This document shows, one piece after another, positions 7,929 through 16,262 of a stretch of DNA of 20,000 nucleotides; within the stretch, counting starts at the first letter, position 1, and every line of letters starts with the position of its first letter. The DNA lies in IMG/VR virus record IMGVR_UViG_3300022752_006411, one strand, 5' to 3'. The position numbers and the translations under genes are program-made. The notes under the pieces were generated by a model. The model was not told the origin of the DNA, searched no databases, and saw only the letters and a list, made by a program, of their open reading frames with translations. Source of the DNA: an uncultured virus (IMG/VR IMGVR_UViG_3300022752_006411) (taxonomy: Duplodnaviria; Heunggongvirae; Uroviricota; Caudoviricetes).

Positions 7929-8711
7929 TCAAACCTGATCGTCCGTAAACTTGGCTTTTCCTTCAGCTTTATTTGATAAAAATGAACTCCATTTATTTTT
8001 TATATAATTCATATTATTTTTAACGTGTTTTGAAAAATCATTTTCTTTCAAAACTTGAATTGTTGTTTTATTAGCAAAATGATGAACAAGATTTGAAGAA
8101 TAACAAGCATATATTTTTTTATTTTTACTTCTGACTCTCAATGCAAAATCAGCATCTTCACAATAAGCAAATTTTAAATTATCATCAAAAAGGCCAAAGT
8201 TTTCATAGGTATCACGAGAAAAACACATGCAATAACCACACACATAATCTATTTCGTATCCTTTTCCCTTTTCAATTCCTCTTCCTTCATGATTTAATAT
8301 TCCGCCATCGTAACCAACAATTGCGACATCTTTATTTTTTTCTAAAAATCCGATCATCACACTGTCCCAATACCTATCAACCATCGTATCTGAATTTAAT
8401 AAAATAATATATGGATTTTGAGTGTCCTGTATCATTTTATTATTTGGAATAATAAAGCCAACATTTTCATCACTATAATATAATTTGATATTTTTATTTT
8501 CTTTGGCAATTTTTTTTAAGTAACTTGAAGTTTCATTTTTAGAAGCATTGTCCCAAATATATAAATTAAATTTTTTAGTATTTTTATAAATTGAATCAAT
8601 ACAATTTTTAATGTACTTAAATTGATCATGCACAACAATTAAAATATCTTTTTTAATTCCTTTTGTATAATCGACCAACAAAAGTTCTTCTTTTATTTTT
8701 TCAAGATTCAT
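7929..8711 (-). CDS. glycosyltransferase family 2 (rhamnosyl/galactofuranosyltransferase-like)
   Basis: WDNAS, NVGF...NN, ILLNSD (DxD-like), GLFDD..AYCEDADF. Confidence 0.85.
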   Translation of the reverse strand: MNLEKIKEELLLVDYTKGIKKDILIVVHDQFKYIKNCIDSIYKNTKKFNLYIWDNASKNETSSYLKKIAKENKNIKLYYSDENVGFIIPNNKMIQDTQNPYIILLNSDTMVDRYWDSVMIGFLEKNKDVAIVGYDGGILNHEGRGIEKGKGYEIDYVCGYCMCFSRDTYENFGLFDDNLKFAYCEDADFALRVRSKNKKIYACYSSNLVHHFANKTTIQVLKENDFSKHVKNNMNYIKNKWSSFLSNKAEGKAKFTDDQV

Positions 8712-9283
8712 TTATTATCTTTCGTACTTTGCATTAAATCACGAACATTATCTTTGCAAAATCCATGTTCGCCACGTTCAATGAACTCATAAATAACCCC
8801 TGTTAGCTGACTTGGTTTGGTAAAAACCTGAGTTAAACCAGGACAAGTCAAAGGATTTTCAGATGCAAACTCAGCATATCCTTTTTCCTTCCATTCTTTC
8901 ATGGTTTTTTCTACACTTTCAACCTGATAAGCCATGTGATGAACTCCACCTATTCCATCTCTTCTTTCAACCCATTTTCCAACAATAGAATCTGGCGTTC
9001 CATCAGATACAAATATTTCTGGAGGAAGATGAAATTCTGCAAATAAATTTTCATCAATATCTTTATTTTCAGGAAAACTTGGACCAACATATTGTTTAAC
9101 CAGCCAATGTAAATTTTCTACTTTTGGCTTTTCTGGTGGTTCTAAAGCAATACATTTTGCTTTGCTGCCATCTGGAAAATCAATATCGAATTCTGTTTGT
9201 ATATTGTATCCGAATGCATCTATAAAAAATTGAGCAGTCTTTTTTCTATCTGCTGATCTGTAGGCGATGTGATCTAGTCTAAT
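8708..9283 (-). CDS. VOC/glyoxalase-fold metalloenzyme resembling the C-terminal domain of 4-hydroxyphenylpyruvate dioxygenase; putative ATT start
   Basis: Frame is open 116 codons upstream of the tracked ATG (8935): (M)RLDHIAYRSADRKKTAQFFIDAFGY...GIGGVHHMAYQVESVE...YEFIERGEHGFCKDNVRDL (191 aa), with His/His/Glu metal ligands. ATT at 9283 is preceded by GAGGAGG. Confidence 0.8.
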   Translation of the reverse strand: MRLDHIAYRSADRKKTAQFFIDAFGYNIQTEFDIDFPDGSKAKCIALEPPEKPKVENLHWLVKQYVGPSFPENKDIDENLFAEFHLPPEIFVSDGTPDSIVGKWVERRDGIGGVHHMAYQVESVEKTMKEWKEKGYAEFASENPLTCPGLTQVFTKPSQLTGVIYEFIERGEHGFCKDNVRDLMQSTKDNK

Positions 9284-9451
9284 GGTTGCCCCTCCTCGAA
9301 GCTATTGTTGCTTCGCAAATTTTAATTAAATATCATTCTTTTTAATTTAGTAACTTTAGTAAATTTTTTGCTCTGTGTAAAAAATACTTGATAGATCCAT
9401 AAAAAGAGGGCAGCATTAACATAAAAAATAATATTTTGACTATTTTATGTT

Positions 9452-9931
9452 GTGAAAGAAGAAGAATTAAAAAACATACCCGGCTATGACGAGAATTATT
9501 TTGTTGATAAATTAGGGAACATATACTCTAAAAAAAGCGGAGATTTGAAAAAACTCTCTGTCAATGATGATCACAGAGGTTATTTGATATGTGGCGTGAG
9601 AAGAAATGATGGCATTCAATATCCTTTGAAAGTGCATCATGCGGTCTTGTATGCCTTTGTGGGCCCAAAACCAGGGGCAAATTATGTGGGGATGCATATA
9701 GATGATGATTCCTATAACAATAAACTAGAAAATTTAAAATGGGGAACTATAAGAGAAAATCAAGAATCTAAATTGCAGAATAAAGCAAAAGCAAAACAGC
9801 ATAAAAGAAAACTAGATATTGAAAAAAAAGAAATAGCAAAAAAAATGATATCTTGTGGCTTTTCAGTTGAAGAAATATCTCTTCTAACAGGTTGGCCTTT
9901 AAAAAAAATAGAAAAAGAATTAAGCAGATAG
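9452..9931 (+). mobile_element. free-standing NUMOD4-HNH homing endonuclease with C-terminal HTH-like tail
   Basis: IPGYDENYFVDKLGNIYS (NUMOD4), VHHAVLYAFVGPKP, HIDDDSYNNKLENLKWGTIREN (HNH_3); oriented opposite to its neighbours. Confidence 0.85.
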
Positions 9932-10012
9932 AAGAATTAAAAGGCGGCGAGGGCCAAATAGAAATAAAAAAATGGTACAGCCCATTTTAAATTTAGGCTT
10001 ATAGTTATTTTT

Positions 10013-11980
10013 TTATGAATTTGCAAATAAATCCAGCCATTCTTTGAAATTTAATTTCAATTGTTTTTGTGGCTTTTTGAAAATTGGCTTTTGTGCCAAT
10101 TGCTTTTGATTATTTGCCATATCTTTATTGAGCGCTATTGGCTTTTCGACATCCAAACGATCTTTTTGTGCATCACCTAAAGTTGCAGAATCTTGATTAT
10201 AAGTTTGTCTATTTCTAATAAACATCTCAAATAACTTGGCTAATTTTTTAACATAAAAATCCCAATTATTATCTAAGTTCTTTAATCTTTTTATAACTTC
10301 TGCATTTTTATATAAATCTAAAGCCAATGAAATACTAAGATCAAAATAAACCCAGCCAGTTAATTTTGTTAAGGTTTTATCTTCCTCGGATTTCTCGGAA
10401 CTGAAGGGTGAAAGACCGCTCATTGAATTTGTAAAAAATAAATTAAAATTATTATATGTTACCTTAAAAGGAAGAACTTTATATTGATTTATTAGATTAG
10501 CAAATTCTTTGTTCCATTGGGTGATGTAAACTTTTCCGCCATTGTTATTTAGGTAAGTTCTTTTTGTAACGTAATCTTTTATGTATCCTATTCTTTCAGG
10601 ATCGTTTGTTTTTATAGTAAAATCTTCATCGTCTAATTCCATGCTAAAATTTTTGAATTCAATTTTTTCTGATAAGTCTTTTATGTAACCCTCTTCTAAA
10701 AGAGCCTTATGAACCTTGCCAACGTGTTCTTCAAAATCCCTATCAACTTCATCAACATAGTCTAAAAAGTGTTCGAAATCAGTTAGCTCATCATAGTGAC
10801 GATCACCTTCATTAAACATGAATCTAAAGTTGTATGAATTTGCATCTTCGTCTATCTCAACATCTTCTAATCCATGAATATCTAAAGCATCTTCTACTAT
10901 TCTTTTCACAATTTTATAATTGGGATTACTCCAACTTCCTATTTCAATCGTAAACATTTTTTTGGAAATTGAGAATCCGCTAAAAGCAGAATATATTAAA
11001 TAACGATCTTCAATATCTAAACTAACATCTATATGTTTCCAATTAGAATTGTGATCTTCTAACGCTCTTTGTGCCCTTTCATAAACTCCATCATCTTCGT
11101 CCTCGTCTTCATCGTCTTCATCTTGACTTCTTTTTCTTCCGGCAACAGAAACATCAAAAAAACTAGACCAAACTTTACCCGTGTCGTTATCTTGGTAACT
11201 TCCACCTTTTAATTTAAATTTTTCGTACCCTTCAACTGGATCTATCTTGCCTATTGAATCATTTTGTGCAGTTTTTGCCCAATTTTTTACTGCACTTAAA
11301 AATCCTACGTTTTTAATTCCATATGTTCTCAATTCTGGCATCAATAAGTTAATATTGCCGTCTGTGAGTCTTCTTAGTCTAAGTCTTTCAAGAGGAACAA
11401 TTCCATTTACGCCTCGATCATAATCTTTAAATATTTCTTTGTCCTGTAAATTGACCTTCTTGAGATCTGAATTTTTTACTACATAAGCAATTGCTCCACC
11501 TGTTTTCGCTTCTTGTCTTGCACATTTATAAAATTGACCATCTGGGCTGTGGCAACTGCTTATTCCATCATGATCACTCATTCTAAGAACATCTATTGGA
11601 CTTCTTGAAATTACTATAGAAGCACCGACTTCGTTGTTCTTTAAATTTTCTCCATTTTTTTGCCACCAATCTAATAATTCTCTTTGGTTGTTTGATTGCA
11701 GGATCTTGCCAACTTTTTCTGGTCTTAGTTTTTCTCCCTGTTGTGTTTTTATTTTTTTATAAGCTTGTTTTTTATTTATAAGATCTTCGTAGTCAACTTC
11801 GTAGCCAAGATCTTGCAAACTTTTTATTAATTTATTTATATTTTCATCTTGCTCTAACGGCACAACAATTCTGAGTTTGTTGCCAAAAATATTATTAAAA
11901 TGAAGATCTCTTTCTGGGTTTATTTTTTCAAGATCTTTTTCACTTACTTCTCTTAATTTTAGATATTTTATAAAACTCAT
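10013..11980 (-). CDS. large hypothetical phage protein
   Basis: Likely start ATG at 11980 (MSFIKYLKLRE..., 655 aa); internal ISRSPIDVLRMSDHDGISSCHS motif, acidic linker, C-terminal LNFKEWL. Confidence 0.8.
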   Translation of the reverse strand: MSFIKYLKLREVSEKDLEKINPERDLHFNNIFGNKLRIVVPLEQDENINKLIKSLQDLGYEVDYEDLINKKQAYKKIKTQQGEKLRPEKVGKILQSNNQRELLDWWQKNGENLKNNEVGASIVISRSPIDVLRMSDHDGISSCHSPDGQFYKCARQEAKTGGAIAYVVKNSDLKKVNLQDKEIFKDYDRGVNGIVPLERLRLRRLTDGNINLLMPELRTYGIKNVGFLSAVKNWAKTAQNDSIGKIDPVEGYEKFKLKGGSYQDNDTGKVWSSFFDVSVAGRKRSQDEDDEDEDEDDGVYERAQRALEDHNSNWKHIDVSLDIEDRYLIYSAFSGFSISKKMFTIEIGSWSNPNYKIVKRIVEDALDIHGLEDVEIDEDANSYNFRFMFNEGDRHYDELTDFEHFLDYVDEVDRDFEEHVGKVHKALLEEGYIKDLSEKIEFKNFSMELDDEDFTIKTNDPERIGYIKDYVTKRTYLNNNGGKVYITQWNKEFANLINQYKVLPFKVTYNNFNLFFTNSMSGLSPFSSEKSEEDKTLTKLTGWVYFDLSISLALDLYKNAEVIKRLKNLDNNWDFYVKKLAKLFEMFIRNRQTYNQDSATLGDAQKDRLDVEKPIALNKDMANNQKQLAQKPIFKKPQKQLKLNFKEWLDLFANS

Positions 11981-12076
11981 ATATGTTATATACAAAAAAG
12001 ATACATAGTTTTAGACAAAGCCAAAAAATTTATTAAATAACTCTAATATTTTAAATTCTAATAAATAGGACAAATT

Positions 12077-12229
<153 letters not shown>

Positions 12230-12232
12230 AAA

Positions 12233-12266
12233 AACGGACCCTGTGATTTTACTCACAGGGTCCGTT
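12233..12266 (-). terminator. intrinsic terminator (14-bp stem, GTAAAA loop)
   Basis: AACGGACCCTGTGA-ttttac-TCACAGGGTCCGTT, with a U-tract on the minus strand; lies between convergent genes. Confidence 0.8.
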
Positions 12267-12290
12267 AGTCAATTAAGAATTTTTATAAAA

Positions 12291-12872
12291 TCATCTAGCG
12301 AAAAGACGCTTTCTGTAGTTGACTTCGATAGAATCTTTTCTGTCTCTAACTACGACTTCATACTTGCCATAGTCGTAAACCTTGCCATTTCCGACCAGGG
12401 TGCCACGAACAGCCTCTTTGCAAGAACACTGCGGCTTGCAAATCTGAACATCCTGAGCAGTCCTAACCGTAACTTTATTGCAGCCGTCGCAACAGGTTTC
12501 ACATCGAACAGCCTCAACAACGTCTGGGACTGCGTTGGGGGCAATATTCCTCTTGTTTCTATAAATAATAGGCTTGCAGCTACCATTGGCACAATTGCAG
12601 CCAGCCGGTGCGGTGGCAACAACTGGTGAGGTTGCGGCGGTTGCGGCAGTAGCAGCAGTAGCAGCAGTAGCAGCAGTAGCAGCAGTAGCAGCAGTAGCAG
12701 CAGTAGCAGCAGTAGCAGCAGTAGCAGCAGTAGCAGCAGTTGCGGTGTTGGCAGTAGCAGCAGTTGTTGCTTCAGTGGCCAAAGTTGGCTCATTCTTAAG
12801 AACGCTCTGCTCTTCTGCAAAAATATTGCAAGTCAAGAAACTAAAAACAAATAAAAACATAAAGTTTTTCAT
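12291..12872 (-). CDS. secreted Cys-rich protein with (Thr-Ala-Ala)n repeat
   Basis: Start ATG at 12872 after SD AAGGAG; Sec signal peptide MKNFMFLFVFSFLTCNIFA; 12 TAA tripeptides; Cys-rich beta-strand C-terminal domain. Confidence 0.8.
   Translation of the reverse strand: MKNFMFLFVFSFLTCNIFAEEQSVLKNEPTLATEATTAATANTATAATAATAATAATAATAATAATAATAATAATAATAATSPVVATAPAGCNCANGSCKPIIYRNKRNIAPNAVPDVVEAVRCETCCDGCNKVTVRTAQDVQICKPQCSCKEAVRGTLVGNGKVYDYGKYEVVVRDRKDSIEVNYRKRLFAR
12651..12740. repeat. perfect 9-bp tandem repeat (AGCAGCAGT)x10 encoding Thr-Ala-Ala
   Basis: Ten identical units, plus two degenerate units at 12633-12650. Confidence 0.95.
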
Positions 12873-12899
12873 AAACACTCCTTAGGTAAAAAAAATTAA

Positions 12900-12918
12900 G
12901 CATTGAACTCCTCAATGC
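12900..12918 (-). promoter_or_regulatory. 5'-leader hairpin with GGA in loop (candidate CsrA site)
   Basis: Minus strand GCATTGA-GGAGT-TCAATGC, 16 nt upstream of the SD AAGGAG (12878-12883). Possible promoter TTTACT-17-TATACT at 12929-12957. Confidence 0.55.
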
Positions 12919-13022
12919 CCTCAGACTCAGTATAGCGTAGTGCAAATTAAAAGTAAAGCAAAAAAAATTTTTTTTATTGAAGTTTTGGCTGAAATAGCCT
13001 AAATTCCCCAATTTATTAAATA

Positions 13023-13060
13023 AAATACCCACCTTTCCTTTTACAGAAAGGTGGGCATTT
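13023..13060 (-). terminator. intrinsic terminator (16-bp stem with two G-U pairs, GTAAAA loop)
   Basis: Minus strand AAATGCCCACCTTTCT-GTAAAA-GGAAAGGTGGGTATTT followed by TATTT; both apparent mismatches are G-U wobbles only on the minus strand. Confidence 0.8.
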
Positions 13061-13078
13061 TATTTATGATCCCAAATT

Positions 13079-13741
13079 TCAAGCAGAACGCTTGGCATTC
13101 GGATTCAGCGTATAACGCTTACTGGTTTCGTCATGAAGAACAACAGGATCGGTTCCCTCAAATCCGGGATGGTGCTTCTCTTTAGCAAGACCATAGAGAC
13201 ACTGGTAAACATTCTGAACCAGTCCTTTATGGCCCTTATCGCCACCATACTTATAGCCAGCCTCAGCAACTTTAGTTGCAAGATCGCCAAGCTTAAGACC
13301 TTCTTTGTTCCTAGACAAAACATCTAAGCAAACAGCAGGAAGGGGCAGATCAGAACCCTTCTTGGCAGCAACTTTTTTAGCCTTCAAAACCTTTTTTTCA
13401 GCCTTAGCAGCTCTTTTTCCACCAAGCTTATTCTTGATTATAGAAACAAGAGCTGCTCCGACCTCAAAACCTTCATTCTTAAGAGCCTCAATAACATCTC
13501 TGGGTCTCGAATCTTTGCCATGCTTCTCAAAGTAAGAACGAATAAGTTCCGACTTATTTACTCCTCCAGCACGGCCAGCACGAGTCTTCACAGTTGCCTT
13601 AGCGGCCTTGGGCTTGACAGCCTTAGGCTTAAGCGAAAGCTTCTTCTGGAGCGAGAAAATTTCTTTGATCAGAGACTCGGTCTTCTCGTGAAAAGTCTTG
13701 ATTTTCTCCATATTACGCTCAATCTGCTTAGTAGCGGTCAT
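13079..13741 (-). CDS. multidomain basic nucleoid-associated-like protein (paralogue 3): coiled coil + K/A linker + shared domain + winged-helix-like C-terminus
   Basis: NKSELIRSYF...RPRDVIEALKNEGFEVGAALVSIIKNKL matches paralogues 1/2; PKAVKPKAAKA and KKVAAKK linkers; C-terminal LPAVCLDVLSRNKEGLKLGDLATKVAEAGY...VYQCLYGL...RYTL is wHTH-like. Confidence 0.75.
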   Translation of the reverse strand: MTATKQIERNMEKIKTFHEKTESLIKEIFSLQKKLSLKPKAVKPKAAKATVKTRAGRAGGVNKSELIRSYFEKHGKDSRPRDVIEALKNEGFEVGAALVSIIKNKLGGKRAAKAEKKVLKAKKVAAKKGSDLPLPAVCLDVLSRNKEGLKLGDLATKVAEAGYKYGGDKGHKGLVQNVYQCLYGLAKEKHHPGFEGTDPVVLHDETSKRYTLNPNAKRSA

Positions 13742-13758
13742 AAATCACCCTTCCTCAA

Positions 13759-13812
13759 AAAAGGCTCAAAAGTTTCAAAACAAAACAGCAAAGAGCCTTT
13801 TGCCGTTTTGTT
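13759..13812 (-). promoter_or_regulatory. structured 5' leader (alternative stems / pseudoknot)
   Basis: 14-bp stem 13812-13799/13792-13779 (one G-U); its loop AGGCUC is complementary to GAGCCU at 13767-13762. Confidence 0.55.
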
Positions 13813-13829
13813 ATTACGTTTCTATTTGA

Positions 13830-13857
13830 ACTATACGTATGAAAAATCGAGTGTCAA
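13830..13857 (-). promoter_or_regulatory. sigma70-type promoter
   Basis: TTGACA-16 nt-TATAGT. Confidence 0.7.
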
Positions 13858-14035
13858 ATTGAAATGTAGATTTTTTTCTAATCAAAACCATAATCTCTTG
13901 ATGTAAAAAGACTTACGAATAAATAAAATTTAATAACTTAAAATTTTTAAATAAAAATTTATTATTATTTTTGGAAAAAATTTTTTCATAAGAATACTAT
14001 ATTGATGTTGGCAAGGAAAGAAAGGAGACACAAAG

Positions 14036-14239
14036 ATGCTAGTATTGAGCAGAAAGAAAGACGAAACAATAATTGTTAGAATACCAGGCAGAGAAGATAT
14101 AAAGCTGACTGTGGTAAGAATTGACAACCTAAACAAGGTTAGAATAGGTGTAGAAGCAGACAAAGACGTAGTGATACTACGATCAGAACTTGATGAAAAA
14201 ATACAAAAAGAAATGGCTTCTCAAGCTGACAATCGCTAA
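14036..14239 (+). CDS. csrA: carbon storage regulator CsrA/RsmA (copy 1)
   Basis: MLVLSRKKDETI...VRIGVEADKDVVILRSEL; short insertion (RIPGRE); SD AAGGAG. Confidence 0.92.
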   Translation: MLVLSRKKDETIIVRIPGREDIKLTVVRIDNLNKVRIGVEADKDVVILRSELDEKIQKEMASQADNR

Positions 14240-14246
14240 TTAGAAA

Positions 14247-15128
14247 TTATAAATTATTTAAATTTGTTCCATAACTATTTTTAAATTTATTTGCTGTTTC
14301 AATTAGTTGAGTTTTAGTAATCCATTTGTTGTTGTATGCTATTTCATGTGGAGAGCCTACCAAAACATCCTGTTGTCTTTGAATTGTTTGAACAAAATTC
14401 GATGCATCCATCATCGAATCAAATGTTCCTGTGTCGAACCATGTGGCTCCACGATTCAATTGAATAACTCTTAATTTCTTTTTATCATGATAAATTTTAT
14501 TTAAATCTGTTATCTCCAATTCATTTCTAAAAGATGGCTTTAAATTCTCAACATACTTATAAACATTGTTTGGATAAAAATAAAGACCAGTAACAGCAAG
14601 ACTGCTTTTTGGTTTTTCTGGCTTCTCCTCAATACTTACAGATAACTTGAAATCTTTATTCAAATCTTTTACTTCAACAATTCCAAATCTCTCAGGGTCT
14701 TTAACCTTAATTGCAAAAACAACAGGAAATTTTGATTTGTTTGCTTTTTTTAATAAGCCAGTTAGTCCAGCACCATAAAACAAATTATCTCCTAAAATCA
14801 AACAACTTCTTTTGTATTTTTTAATATTTTTGCCAAAATGAAAATTAGCAATCTTAAATGCTTCTGCTATTCCATTCGGTTCTTGTTGAGTTGCAAAATG
14901 AAGATTGATTCCTAAATTATGATTCTCAAATAATTTTTTAAATATTTGTTGTTCCGAAGGTGATGTGATTATTAAAATGTCTCTAATCCCAACAAGCATT
15001 AAAGTTGATAAAGGATAATAAACCAACGGCTTATCATACACGGGCAAAAGTTGTTTGGTTATGCCCAGTGTGGTAGGATAAAATCTAGAAGATTTTCCTG
15101 CCGCTAGTATTATGCCCAAAGTTTTCAT
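14247..15128 (-). CDS. rmlA: glucose-1-phosphate thymidylyltransferase RmlA/RfbA
   Basis: GIILAAGKSSRFYPTT, KQLLPVYDKPLVYYPLSTLM, LILGDN, EEKP, GLYFY, RNELEITD, WFDTGT. Confidence 0.92.
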   Translation of the reverse strand: MKTLGIILAAGKSSRFYPTTLGITKQLLPVYDKPLVYYPLSTLMLVGIRDILIITSPSEQQIFKKLFENHNLGINLHFATQQEPNGIAEAFKIANFHFGKNIKKYKRSCLILGDNLFYGAGLTGLLKKANKSKFPVVFAIKVKDPERFGIVEVKDLNKDFKLSVSIEEKPEKPKSSLAVTGLYFYPNNVYKYVENLKPSFRNELEITDLNKIYHDKKKLRVIQLNRGATWFDTGTFDSMMDASNFVQTIQRQQDVLVGSPHEIAYNNKWITKTQLIETANKFKNSYGTNLNNL

Positions 15129-16204
15129 TGATCTAAAAGCTCGCTTATAGATCCGCCTTCATAATGAGTTCTTCTTATTGCTTCTGCAAATAAAGAAACT
15201 GTTTTGCAAACATGCAACCTTCCTCTCCATTGATCTTTTATCAATTTTAAAGGAGGGACAGTGTCGGTAACTATTAGCCTTGGAACGTCCTTCAGATTTT
15301 CATTAGATTTTTCTGTAAAAACGCCATGAGTTGCACATACAGCCCACACTTCGCCACCATATTTTTTAACGGCATCACAACAAAGCTTAATTGTTCCACC
15401 CGAAGCTATTATATCATCGTATATTATTATTCTTTTTTCCTTAATGTCTCCACTAATTTCTCCACCGCTCTCTTTAAGATCCCCAGAAGGATTCCTTTCT
15501 TTATCCAGATGAACAACAGGTATCTTATTTTGTAAATTAAGTCTTGATTCCAATTCGTTTCTAAATTTCTTAGCTCTTCCTAAGCCTCCACTATCCGGGG
15601 CCAGAACAACAATATCAGATTCTTTTTTGTTTAAAACAAAATCTTGATATAGAAAACCAGAAACGCTGTCTTCTATCATTATTCCATCTTTGTCATAACC
15701 TCCGCAGACAAAATCAGCCAAAGGCTTTTTTGCCTCTAGATTATCAAACAAAACTCTCATCGACATTGCAGATTGAGTTGCCGATAAATTATGAACGTCC
15801 ATTGTTATCAGTCTTGTGAAGTGCATAGTTTCTAATAACTTTGCACTATAGCTGGTGTATATGCCAGCCCTAGACTCTGTTTTTCTATCTTGTCTTTGAT
15901 AAGCAAGATAAGGAACAACAAGGGTTATTCTTGATGCTCCTGCATCCTGCAAAGAGCCAGCAAAAAATAATAATTTTATAAACTTGTCGTTTACTGACTG
16001 TTTATTGTCTGAAAATAAAGAAGAAATGATGTAGCAGTCGGAAGCCCTTACATTTCCTTCCCTACCTACAGTGCTTTTAATATAAGGCTCGCCATCCACA
16101 AAAGTTTTTTCTTGCCTTGGAGTAAGTTGTACACCAAGACTTTTGGCAACTTTTCTAGCGAAGTCCTCGTAACCATCAACACCAAAAAGTCTAAGATTTT
16201 TCAT
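15125..16204 (-). CDS. prs: ribose-phosphate pyrophosphokinase (PRPP synthetase)
   Basis: FVDGE, PYLAYQRQDRK, MDVH, APDSGG, IIYDDIIASGGT PRT motif, ATHGVF, VTDTV; ATGA overlap with rmlA. Confidence 0.93.
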   Translation of the reverse strand: MKNLRLFGVDGYEDFARKVAKSLGVQLTPRQEKTFVDGEPYIKSTVGREGNVRASDCYIISSLFSDNKQSVNDKFIKLLFFAGSLQDAGASRITLVVPYLAYQRQDRKTESRAGIYTSYSAKLLETMHFTRLITMDVHNLSATQSAMSMRVLFDNLEAKKPLADFVCGGYDKDGIMIEDSVSGFLYQDFVLNKKESDIVVLAPDSGGLGRAKKFRNELESRLNLQNKIPVVHLDKERNPSGDLKESGGEISGDIKEKRIIIYDDIIASGGTIKLCCDAVKKYGGEVWAVCATHGVFTEKSNENLKDVPRLIVTDTVPPLKLIKDQWRGRLHVCKTVSLFAEAIRRTHYEGGSISELLDQ

Positions 16205-16262
16205 TTTTTATTATGACATTGCCTAAAGCAACATTATAATAAAAAACAAAGTAGAAACAAGA

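Noticed and set aside
9284..9340. Read-through of the upstream TAG to supply a canonical start for the VOC gene
   Set aside because: An in-frame TAA follows a few codons further upstream with no ATG/GTG/TTG in between, so read-through does not provide a start.
9940..10012. Weak hairpin AAAATGG-tacagc-CCATTTT between the HNH and 655-aa genes
   Set aside because: Only 7 mostly A-T pairs; too weak to call a terminator.
12651..12740. Tandem repeat as a CRISPR array or iteron set
   Set aside because: 9-bp units with no spacers, in frame within a CDS; no cas or rep gene.
12243..12885. Overlapping ORFs 12243-12629(+), 12350-12820(-, poly-Leu) and 12574-12885(+, VAA repeat)
   Set aside because: Alternative frames kept open by the stop-free 9-bp repeat; only the 12872 frame has an SD and signal peptide.
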